DNA from: Candidatus Yonathbacteria bacterium RIFOXYD1_FULL_52_36 | Lineage (GTDB): Bacteria; Patescibacteriota; Minisyncoccia; Phycocordibacterales; UBA1539_B | Direction of reading: 5' to 3' | DNA length: 27,907 bases | Assembly: GCA_001823605.1 (NCBI GenBank) | Contig: MHUZ01000021.1 | Coordinates: 1-27,907 of the forward strand | Made by a program: the position numbers and the translations under genes | Part shown: one piece after another, positions 9,541 through 16,155 of the stretch | Layout: each line of letters opens with the position of its first letter | How positions within the stretch are numbered: the stretch's first letter is position 1 | The notes under the pieces: generated by a model | The model's input: the letters and a program-made list of their open reading frames with translations, nothing else | What the model was told of the DNA's origin: nothing | Database searches by the model: none

Positions 9541-9564
9541 AACACCCGAGAGGGTGTTTTTTTG
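9541..9564. terminator. Bidirectional intrinsic terminator between convergent genes
   Basis: Stem AACACCC / GGGTGTT with GAGA loop. It is flanked by A7 upstream and T7 downstream, so it works on both strands. It sits between the stop of the 8308-9510 gene and the mscL stop at 9570. Confidence 0.75.
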
Positions 9565-9569
9565 GTTTC

Positions 9570-9995
9570 TTAACTAAGCTCTGCCGTACACTGCGGGCAC
9601 CGTGTTGCCTTAATGGGAATTGTTGAGATACAGAATGGGCACTCTTTGGTTGTCGGTTCTCCCTCTTCGGTTTTCTCTGCCTTGCGCCGCAGATTGTTCA
9701 TGCCCTTCACCACCATAAAGATCGCGAACGCAACGATCGCAAAATCTATCACGGCGTTGAGAAACACGCCGTAGTTGAGTGTCACCGCGGCGGTAGCGTT
9801 ACTCGCCTCCTTGAGTGTGATCACCAAGTTTGAAAAATCAACACCACCGGTCAGAACTCCGACAGGAGGCATGATAACGTCACTTACGAGAGATGAAACG
9901 ATCTTGCCGAATGCGGTTCCGATAACAACGCCGATCGCCAGATCAACCACATTGCCGCGCATTGCAAACTCCTTAAATTCTTTGATGACTGACAT
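9570..9995 (-). CDS. mscL: Large-conductance mechanosensitive channel MscL with a C-terminal Cys4 zinc-ribbon tail
   Basis: [33 protein letters not shown] is the canonical MscL N terminus and TM1. TM2 is present. The start was trimmed to ATG 9993-9995, whereas the track ORF extends to 10028. The C terminus is ...[25 protein letters not shown]. Confidence 0.88.
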   Translation of the reverse strand: MSVIKEFKEFAMRGNVVDLAIGVVIGTAFGKIVSSLVSDVIMPPVGVLTGGVDFSNLVITLKEASNATAAVTLNYGVFLNAVIDFAIVAFAIFMVVKGMNNLRRKAEKTEEGEPTTKECPFCISTIPIKATRCPQCTAELS

Positions 9996-10035
9996 ATGTA
10001 TTGGATTACACGGATAACTCCGCTTCACTCCGTTA

Positions 10036-10111
10036 TGGTCCGCCCGGTAGGAATCGAACCTACGACCGTTTGCTTAAGAGGCAACTGCTCTACCGACTGA
10101 GCTACGGGCGG
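10036..10111 (-). tRNA. tRNA-Lys (CTT) with genomically encoded CCA
   Basis: The reverse complement is CCGCCCG-TA-GCTCAGTCGGTAGAGC-A-GTTGC-CTCTTAA-GCAAA-CGGTC-GTAGG-TTCGATT-CCTAC-CGGGCGG-A-CCA. There is one non-Watson-Crick pair at positions 27:43. Confidence 0.82.
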
Positions 10112-10125
10112 ATATTCAACCCATA

Positions 10126-10386
10126 CTACCAGAGAGCGCCTTCTGCTTCAAGGCGTTTCCGTTTTTGTGCCGATCCCCTATTATACCCACCCACGGAACC
10201 ATCCGCTCGCACTACGCGATGGCACGGGATCGCCGGGTCGTAATTAGTGGTGAGGATATTCCCCACCGCGCGATACGCACGCGGACTTCCCGCGCGACGT
10301 GCCACTTCAGCATAGGTCATCGTCTTGCCTTTGGGAATCGTGCGGACCACGCTGAATACTTTGTCTCGAAATACAATCCTCTCCAT
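10126..10386 (-). CDS. Single-domain MGMT-family protein (methylated-DNA-protein-cysteine methyltransferase DNA-binding / acceptor domain only)
   Basis: The PCHRVV motif is IPCHRVVRADGSVGGY, followed by the helix-turn-helix TYAEVARRAGSPRAYRAVGN. The start was trimmed to ATG 10384-10386 (MERIVFRD...). The protein is 86 aa. Confidence 0.8.
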   Translation of the reverse strand: MERIVFRDKVFSVVRTIPKGKTMTYAEVARRAGSPRAYRAVGNILTTNYDPAIPCHRVVRADGSVGGYNRGSAQKRKRLEAEGALW

Positions 10387-10407
10387 TACACTGACTGTAC
10401 CACAACG

Positions 10408-10436
10408 TTGGTGATTCACTAAAAATGCGCTAGAAT
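10408..10436 (+). promoter_or_regulatory. Sigma70-like promoter for the tRNA-Leu pair
   Basis: TTGGTG, a 17-nt spacer and TAGAAT, located 42 nt upstream of tRNA-Leu(TAG). Confidence 0.45.
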
Positions 10437-10478
10437 CCTAGAACACCAAGAGGGATAGGTGCTGCGGTGAAACGAAGC

Positions 10479-10560
10479 GCCGAGGTGGCGAAATTGGTAT
10501 ACGCACTTGCCTTAGGAGCAAGCGGGGCAACCCATGGAGGTTCAAGTCCTCTCCTCGGCA
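10479..10560 (+). tRNA. tRNA-Leu (TAG), type II. No encoded CCA.
   Basis: Acceptor GCCGAGG pairs with CCTCGGC. Anticodon stem CTTGC/GCAAG with loop CTTAGGA. Long variable arm. T arm GGAGG-TTCAAGT-CCTCT. Discriminator A. Confidence 0.85.
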
Positions 10561-10577
10561 CAAAAAAGGAACCAAGC

Positions 10578-10662
10578 GGGCGTGTGGCGGAATTGGTATA
10601 CGCGTACGTCTCAGAAGCGTATGGAGTAATCCTTGGGAGTTCGAGTCTCCCCACGCCCACCA
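10578..10662 (+). tRNA. tRNA-Leu (CAG), type II, with encoded CCA
   Basis: Acceptor GGGCGTG pairs with CACGCCC. Anticodon stem TACGT/GCGTA with loop CTCAGAA. Variable arm TGGAGTAATCCTT. T arm GGGAG-TTCGAGT-CTCCC. The 3' end is A-CCA. Confidence 0.82.
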
Positions 10663-10676
10663 ATAAAGACCGGGTC

Positions 10677-10711
10677 CAAAAATGCAAGGTAATACCTTGC
10701 ATTTTTCTGTG
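10677..10711 (+). terminator. Intrinsic terminator after the tRNA cluster
   Basis: Stem AATGCAAGG / CCTTGCATT with TAATA loop, followed by TTTTCTGTG. Confidence 0.7.
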
Positions 10712-10724
10712 AATATGGTATAAT
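10698..10724 (+). promoter_or_regulatory. Promoter with extended -10 for the SPFH operon
   Basis: TTGCAT (10698-10703), a 15-nt spacer, then TGgTATAAT (10716-10724). A GAGGAG Shine-Dalgarno sits 8 nt upstream of ATG 10807. Confidence 0.5.
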
Positions 10725-10806
10725 TAACTTAGATATCTTTTTGGTTTAAACTACCCCAAAGGTACTGGCGCACATTCACAATTGAAACTCTATGAGGAGA
10801 TCTTAG

Positions 10807-11994
10807 ATGGACACTCAGCAACAAACGCCTTCGGTGGTCATACGTACAGGGATGTATTGGACGTTCGTCATCATATACCTCGTCCTTATGCTCACTGTCG
10901 TTATCGTTATCCGCTTCTCCACGGGTCCTGGTGTTGAACACTTTGGTCTTCAGTGGAGCTGGAGCGGTCTTGCAACAATCCTCGCACTCCTCCATATATT
11001 CGCCTCGATCAAAACCCGATCAGTAGACGAACACGTTGGTGTTACGATCTTTGAAATGCCTGTGCTGGAAAAAAGGAGCCCTGGTCCGTTTCTTGCTCCG
11101 TATTTCCCAGGCATGGTGAAGGTATGGCGGATCACCCAAAATGTTCTCCAAAACCAATTCCCTGGAGAGCCTGAGCAGATCGAGTGGCGCGATGAAAAGG
11201 AAGTTTTGAATGAACTCAAAGACGGAAAACTCCCCGATGGAAAGGTGTGGCCGATCCGAGTTCCTACCGGTCCTGCACGTGAAGGAGATCGTGGCAACGG
11301 TTTGAAGTGGAGCAATGATGACCCGTTCAACGTGCAGATGGTCATCTCTGCTTCGTTCTACACTCGCTATCGCGTTAAAAACCTGTTTCAGTTCCTCATG
11401 GTCGTTGGTGGTGATACCGAAAAAGAGGCGTTGGAACGTGTCGTTAAACAACTTCGTGACAGCGGCGAGCGCGTACTGCTCAATGAGCTTAGCAGCCGTA
11501 ACCTCGCGCTGGTCATCGAAGAGACCAGCAAAATCAATCAATCCATGAAGGATGCCTTCGACAAACTAACGGAAACATGGGGTGCTGACATTGTGGAGGT
11601 CGGCGTACTCATGCCCAGTCCGGGACATGAGTTCAACATGGCGGTCCGCGAGATCGGCCAGACAAAGGCAAGGGCGCAACAAACGCGTATCACTGCCGCT
11701 GCAGAGGAGTATAGGCTTACCCAAGAAGGCACCGGCCGAGGAAACGCAAACGAGCAGGAGATTGCCGGTCGCATCCGCGGCCTAACAGAAGCTAACAAAG
11801 CTGGCATTGATCCTGTTGTCATCATAGCGGCAACCGCTGCTCAAGATATTGCAAAGAACGCCAACTATGCCTACTTCGGAGAACTTGGTGGTCTAGGCGG
11901 CATCACTGATGCTATCGCAAAAACCTTAAAGCAGGGCGGGAGCAATACTCAAAAACCCTCACCCGCATCAACTACAGGAGGTGAATCGCAATGA
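10807..11994 (+). CDS. SPFH/band-7 (stomatin/flotillin-like) membrane protein
   Basis: N-terminal TM helices, then an SPFH core (NVQMVISASFYTRYRV..., ALERVVKQLRDSGERVLLNELSSRNLALVIEETSKINQS...) and a coiled-coil A/E/Q-rich tail. The SD GAGGAG is present. Confidence 0.8.
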   Translation: MDTQQQTPSVVIRTGMYWTFVIIYLVLMLTVVIVIRFSTGPGVEHFGLQWSWSGLATILALLHIFASIKTRSVDEHVGVTIFEMPVLEKRSPGPFLAPYFPGMVKVWRITQNVLQNQFPGEPEQIEWRDEKEVLNELKDGKLPDGKVWPIRVPTGPAREGDRGNGLKWSNDDPFNVQMVISASFYTRYRVKNLFQFLMVVGGDTEKEALERVVKQLRDSGERVLLNELSSRNLALVIEETSKINQSMKDAFDKLTETWGADIVEVGVLMPSPGHEFNMAVREIGQTKARAQQTRITAAAEEYRLTQEGTGRGNANEQEIAGRIRGLTEANKAGIDPVVIIAATAAQDIAKNANYAYFGELGGLGGITDAIAKTLKQGGSNTQKPSPASTTGGESQ

Positions 11995-12713
11995 GTGGTC
12001 CATTGGTACTTCTCATCATCATGGCAGTACTTGCTCTCGTAGGCCAAATGCTTGGAAACCGCACACAGAGAAACATGCCTCTGTGTGAAGAAAGCGTACC
12101 CCCATGCGAACTCCCCGCCCCTGTGCGAAGGGGGCGGTGGTACCGATTCAGGCAATGGACAAGGGGGCTTTGGGACAGTTCCGAATCGTCAGCCACTTTG
12201 ACAATTCTTGGTCTTTGGGCGCTGGTGATGGGAGCACTGTATTTTTTCTGGCCTGATCAGTTCAAGCAATTCTGGAACTGGCGTGACCACATGGTGTTCC
12301 TGGGGCTTCCTCTTCTTTTGGTGATTATTGTTCAGGCGCTCGACAGGCCAACAAGAACACCTGCAACCAAATGGATCGGCGGAGTGCTGCTCACGACACT
12401 CATCGTGATCTACATCATCGTAGTGGCCGAGCAGTTTGGTATGTCATTCAACGGCACGGAGGAGGTTGCGGGGAGGACACTTCGGATTCCCGCTGGAGAA
12501 ACACGGTGGGTTGAGTTCGAGTTCGGCAAAACAGTGACCTATCACTGCTCTACGGATGGAAACATCCTTATCGCCGAGCAAGGATTGCCTGTTCCTTGCG
12601 GACCGAATGCACAGCGAGCAGACCTAGAGCCAACGGTCGACCCGCAAACAGGAACACTTTCTGTCGGGTTCCTTGCACCGGAAAACAGTGAAATGATAGT
12701 TCTTCTTTGGTAG
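11991..12713 (+). CDS. Polytopic membrane protein translationally coupled to the SPFH gene. Possibly an NfeD-like partner.
   Basis: Its ATG overlaps the SPFH stop as ATGA. There are about 4 predicted TM helices and a C-terminal beta-rich soluble domain (TLRIPAGETRWVEFEFGKTVTYH...). The NfeD assignment is inferred only from the typical SPFH-NfeD gene pairing. Confidence 0.6.
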   Translation: MSGPLVLLIIMAVLALVGQMLGNRTQRNMPLCEESVPPCELPAPVRRGRWYRFRQWTRGLWDSSESSATLTILGLWALVMGALYFFWPDQFKQFWNWRDHMVFLGLPLLLVIIVQALDRPTRTPATKWIGGVLLTTLIVIYIIVVAEQFGMSFNGTEEVAGRTLRIPAGETRWVEFEFGKTVTYHCSTDGNILIAEQGLPVPCGPNAQRADLEPTVDPQTGTLSVGFLAPENSEMIVLLW

Positions 12714-12731
12714 GCACAACGCCTGCCACCA

Positions 12732-12762
12732 AAGGCGCCACCACCCGTGGCGCCTTTTTTCT
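12732..12762 (+). terminator. Intrinsic terminator for the SPFH operon
   Basis: Stem GGCGCCAC / GTGGCGCC with CACCC loop, followed by TTTTTTCTTTT. Confidence 0.8.
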
Positions 12763-12780
12763 TTTCGTATCTGAACGCAA

Positions 12781-12803
12781 AATCGCCCCTAAGGGGCGAT
12801 TTT
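12781..12803 (-). terminator. Intrinsic terminator closing the minus-strand pilin-like operon (usable in both directions)
   Basis: Stem ATCGCCCC / GGGGCGAT with TAA loop. It is flanked by AAAA on the plus side and TTTTG on the other. It lies 23 nt downstream on the minus strand of the last gene in the array, whose stop is at 12826. Confidence 0.7.
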
Positions 12804-12825
12804 GCAAATCTACACTCTAGAATAC

Positions 12826-13083
12826 TTAGTATGGTCTTGGGACACCAACGACATTTGCAATGACGTTGATGATCACATACACAAGAAGCATGATCGACAT
12901 ACCAACGACTCCCCAGATCATGTGTCGCTTCCCATCTTCGCGACTCGTGTCGTCATCAAACCCTTTTACGAATTTGAGCACGCCCCACACAAAATAGAGC
13001 ACTGCGGCAGATGAGATAAGTACGATGAACGGATTGAGAATCTCTCGCGAGATCGAAGAGATAAGCTGACCTAGAGGATCCAT
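12826..13083 (-). CDS. Small two-TM protein, paralogue A of the VirB2/TrbC-like 'T4SS-pilin-like' family. Core only, with no signal peptide.
   Basis: Shared core: AAVLYFVWGVLKFVKGFDDDTSREDGKRHMIWGVVGMSIMLLVYVIINV. It lies 9 nt downstream of paralogue B. The start is taken as ATG 13081-13083. The track starts at a TTG at 13086. Confidence 0.65.
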   Translation of the reverse strand: MDPLGQLISSISREILNPFIVLISSAAVLYFVWGVLKFVKGFDDDTSREDGKRHMIWGVVGMSIMLLVYVIINVIANVVGVPRPY

Positions 13084-13095
13084 CAAAGAGTACGC

Positions 13096-13482
13096 TTAGC
13101 GAGTACGGTTGTTGATCGGGAGATCTGGCGCAGATCCTGTTGTTCCACGTCCACCGACCGTTCGAATCAAAATTCCCACCAATGCCCATACGCTCACCAT
13201 AATAGCGATCGCCACAATGCTGTGGACGATCATACTGCGAGCTTCTTTACGAGCTTCTTCGTCACCTGAATTCAAAACAAACTTTGCCAATCCCCAGAGG
13301 AAATACACCACCGCGAGTGAAACAAAGAGTGAAGCGAGGAGGTTCAAAATAGTACCGACGAACGCAAAGACATCTCCCGCGTCTGCTTGTGTACCAATGG
13401 TAAGTGGTCCCGTCGCAAATACTGCCACAGGAAGCATCGCCACGAGGATCCATGCTGAGATCTTTATTGCTGTAGAACGCAT
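13096..13482 (-). CDS. Small two-TM protein, paralogue B, with an N-terminal signal peptide
   Basis: Signal peptide MRSTAIKISAWILVAMLPVAVFA. Core: VVYFLWGLAKFVLNSGDEEARKEARSMIVHSIVAIAIMVSVWALVGIL. The alternative upstream start at 13527 is encoded by AT-rich, promoter-like sequence. Confidence 0.65.
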   Translation of the reverse strand: MRSTAIKISAWILVAMLPVAVFATGPLTIGTQADAGDVFAFVGTILNLLASLFVSLAVVYFLWGLAKFVLNSGDEEARKEARSMIVHSIVAIAIMVSVWALVGILIRTVGGRGTTGSAPDLPINNRTR

Positions 13483-13590
13483 AACGTAATTAAAAATGCT
13501 TTTATAAATAAAATTGATGATCGACACAACCTATCCTCTAGTATACGGCACACCTGGACAACCCGCAATCATACCTGTGGATAGCACCGT

Positions 13591-13935
13591 TTACGAAAGC
13601 GTGCGTACCACGATCCCCACAAATGCCCAAAAGGCGGCAATGACCGCAAGAGCGACGATTCCCCAAATCATCCGTTCCCTGCCCTCAGTGCGCCCGTCAG
13701 ACTCTGCAGAATTGCGTATATACTGCACGGCACCCCAGAGAAAATAGACAATGGTGGCAGCAAAAAGAATACTCACCAAAGGACCGATGATCTGACCGAC
13801 CACATACTGCACCAATGTCCTAAAGTCAGTAAAGTGCTCTGACACATATACCCCTTCCGCCGAAAGAACGAGCGGAGCAAATAATCCAAATGCCCCAAGG
13901 ACACTGCCGATGTTTCTTTGAACCCTAGTATGCAT
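13591..13935 (-). CDS. Small two-TM protein, paralogue C, with an N-terminal signal peptide
   Basis: Signal peptide MHTRVQRNIGSVLGAFGLFAPLVLSAEG. Core: TIVYFLWGAVQYIRNSAESDGRTEGRERMIWGIVALAVIAAFWAFVGIV. A GAGAGA SD sits 9 nt upstream. Confidence 0.7.
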   Translation of the reverse strand: MHTRVQRNIGSVLGAFGLFAPLVLSAEGVYVSEHFTDFRTLVQYVVGQIIGPLVSILFAATIVYFLWGAVQYIRNSAESDGRTEGRERMIWGIVALAVIAAFWAFVGIVVRTLS

Positions 13936-13951
13936 ATATTTATCTCTCTAT

Positions 13952-14419
13952 CTAGATCCTTTGGATCGTCCCCGCAATCGCCGTTGCCAACGCCCAAGCG
14001 CCGAGTACGATCGCCGCGCCAATAATCGTACCAAAAAATGTTTTCTTGGCATCTTCAAGTTTCTTAGTGTCTCCTCCTGCAGTCACAAAAAGAAATCCGG
14101 AGTAAATAAGCATCACCGCTATGACCGGCATCAAGATCCGCACAATCGCTTCAAGGACTTTGTGTAAAAGCTCCATGAGGCTGTTGTAGGGTGTCGGGTT
14201 CGGAAACCTGATTGTCTCCCCAGATCCTGCCACTGGCTGAACATTGGTAGTTCGAGGTGCCTGCGGCGTGATTGTACCCTGTCCCGCGGGTGGCTGTGGC
14301 GTAATGGTCCCTTGGGCATACACAACACCCCCCGGCACCGCAACAAGAACCATGCTGACCAACAGCGAACATACTGCTATGCCACCTGCGATGTACGTAT
14401 ATAGTGATTTCATGCTCAT
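13952..14419 (-). CDS. VirB2/TrbC-like pilin-like protein, paralogue D, with a signal peptide and a Pro/Thr-rich tandem repeat
   Basis: Signal peptide MSMKSLYTYIAGGIAVCSLLVSMVLVAVPGGVVYAQG. Tandem 11-mer GTITPQPPAGQ / GTITPQAPRTT. Core IAVMLIYSGFLFVTAGGDTKKLEDAKKTFFGTIIGAAIVLGAWALATAIAG. This IYGGF..T.GG...K...AKK...A.IG..IV..A pattern was recalled from memory as a CPR pilin-like family signature. Confidence 0.75.
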   Translation of the reverse strand: MSMKSLYTYIAGGIAVCSLLVSMVLVAVPGGVVYAQGTITPQPPAGQGTITPQAPRTTNVQPVAGSGETIRFPNPTPYNSLMELLHKVLEAIVRILMPVIAVMLIYSGFLFVTAGGDTKKLEDAKKTFFGTIIGAAIVLGAWALATAIAGTIQRI

Positions 14420-14425
14420 AGATTA

Positions 14426-14806
14426 TTACCCGACAGATCTAAACGGTTCTTCGAACAGGACCGTCATGACAAACTTTACGATCACCCACGCACCAAATGC
14501 CACCACTAACCCGATCGCGGCCCACAGAAAAGCATCTTTCGCATTTTGACGTGCCGTGTCGCTCCCCCCATGGATCATCAACTGAAACCCCGCATAGGCA
14601 AACGCAACCGCCGCAAGGGGAAGTGCTAACCCGTACAACAAAAAATCAACGATGTTGCGCGCCAGTTGCATAAGTTGTGTCCAGCCACATCCCGACCCTT
14701 CACATGCCGGCACGATCGCCGTCGGCGCAGTCGCGTACACAAGTACCGGAACAAAGCTTACCACGACCGCGCTTGTGCGTGCTGCATAGTCTTGAAACAT
14801 ACTCAT
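14426..14806 (-). CDS. VirB2/TrbC-like pilin-like protein, paralogue E
   Basis: Signal-like hydrophobic N terminus followed by CEGSGCGW. Core AVAFAYAGFQLMIHGGSDTARQNAKDAFLWAAIGLVVAFGAWVIVKFV. It starts 2 nt after the stop of the upstream SBP gene and ends 6 nt before D. Confidence 0.72.
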   Translation of the reverse strand: MSMFQDYAARTSAVVVSFVPVLVYATAPTAIVPACEGSGCGWTQLMQLARNIVDFLLYGLALPLAAVAFAYAGFQLMIHGGSDTARQNAKDAFLWAAIGLVVAFGAWVIVKFVMTVLFEEPFRSVG

Positions 14807-14808
14807 AG

Positions 14809-16152
14809 TTACGGCATTGATCGTTTAATACTCTCACTCAGTCGTCCATCGAGCACCGTGATCGAATCTTTCGCGTCACGTCGTGCCGAGAGCACATCTT
14901 CAATCGCCGACTGGAACGCACTTTTTGTGCTCGCCGCGTCTGGATCGACAAACCCGCGCGCAATAAGCGCTCCTCGATACACAACCTCTTTGAACGGATC
15001 ACTCTGCTCTACGGAAAGCATGTCTCGGCGGACAGGAGCAATGCCAAGCGCATCAGAAAATGCCTGAGAGAACTCCCTGCTTCCAAAAAGCCCCGCAATA
15101 TATGATCCGCCAGAAGGATTTGCCCCCGCCTTAAGTACGCCTGCCGCATATAACGTGCCGAACGTTGCCGATCTTCCCGGATCCTCAGTCTTCACTTTTG
15201 CTTGTGGTAACGGCGCCATATCAAAATTGAGATGTGGATTCTTCTGGGTGATAACTGCGTACTCGCTCGCGAACCCAAAGTAGGTTGCCAAGTCCCCCTG
15301 TGCAAAAAAATCACGTGAGACGGGAAGCGCCCGACTCCATGAATATTCTCCGCGAGTCGGGTCAGCAAATCGCGTATAGAAACGAAGTGCGGCTATAGCA
15401 GGAGAACTCGCCGACTGTACATCGCGCGCGATCACACTCTTAAGTGTTTGCGCGGCTTCTGCTCCTTCAAACATCGTGATCGCATTTCCGGTCTGCAAGA
15501 TAAGCGTGGCCAGGATCTCTTTTGCGTGGAGCACATTCTCAGACTGCCCCAACGCGATCCCGCTCTGTGCGATCGCCCCCTGTGTGGTTCCACGTTTCGT
15601 GAGTTGCACCATCGGTTCAACGTAAAACTCAGTCCACGATTGAGGCGGGTTTGCGATTCCTTCCGCAGAAAACAGGTCGCGGTTCCAATACATCACCAGC
15701 GGGTCAACCGCGATCGGCATCCCGATCATTCCCTGCGGGTAGACTAGGAGCTCAACCTCTTCAATAAATGTATTCTTGAGGTCGCGCAACGCCATCGAGA
15801 ATGGCACGAGCCGATCACGATGACGATACATTCCATCGTGCGTGAATATGACCGCATCAGGAGCACGATTTGAAGCAAGCGCTTCAGTAAGATCCGCATC
15901 AAGCGTATCGGGATCTTTTTGTACATATGCCATTCGCACTGTCTCGATCCCTGGAAATGCTTCGTTAAAGGCACTGGTAACGACCCGTTCATCAACCGTT
16001 CCCCACACCGTCACTGTGCCGTAGTTCTGCTTCGCTTTGCTCCCCCATGGCGAAGGGATAATGTCGGCGAACATAAGAAAGCCCAACATGCCGAAAAGTG
16101 CGGCTCCCATCATCAACCCTACCTGAAAAATATTCGTGCTTTTTTCTTGCAT
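14809..16152 (-). CDS. Membrane-anchored extracellular solute-binding protein (ABC-type family-1, MalE-like). No transporter partners are in the window.
   Basis: N-terminal TM helix. Family-1 SBP hallmarks are VTVWGTVDE...AFPGIETV...APDAVIF and YPQGMIGMPIAVDPLVMYWNRDLFSAEGIANPPQSWTEF. The protein is 447 aa. Confidence 0.75.
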   Translation of the reverse strand: MQEKSTNIFQVGLMMGAALFGMLGFLMFADIIPSPWGSKAKQNYGTVTVWGTVDERVVTSAFNEAFPGIETVRMAYVQKDPDTLDADLTEALASNRAPDAVIFTHDGMYRHRDRLVPFSMALRDLKNTFIEEVELLVYPQGMIGMPIAVDPLVMYWNRDLFSAEGIANPPQSWTEFYVEPMVQLTKRGTTQGAIAQSGIALGQSENVLHAKEILATLILQTGNAITMFEGAEAAQTLKSVIARDVQSASSPAIAALRFYTRFADPTRGEYSWSRALPVSRDFFAQGDLATYFGFASEYAVITQKNPHLNFDMAPLPQAKVKTEDPGRSATFGTLYAAGVLKAGANPSGGSYIAGLFGSREFSQAFSDALGIAPVRRDMLSVEQSDPFKEVVYRGALIARGFVDPDAASTKSAFQSAIEDVLSARRDAKDSITVLDGRLSESIKRSMP

Positions 16153-16155
16153 ACG

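Noticed and set aside
9511-9600. att-site direct repeat of the tRNA-Leu 3' end downstream of the foreign ORF, which would mark a genomic island boundary
   Set aside because: No copy of CCACCCTCGGCA or a similar sequence lies between 9511 and mscL. The island hypothesis therefore rests on composition only.
10430-10712. ORFs 10430-10702(-) and 10467-10712(+)
   Set aside because: They span the two tandem tRNA-Leu genes. The 'protein' contains the typical ...GLEPP.../...RGSSPL... artefacts of tRNA translation.
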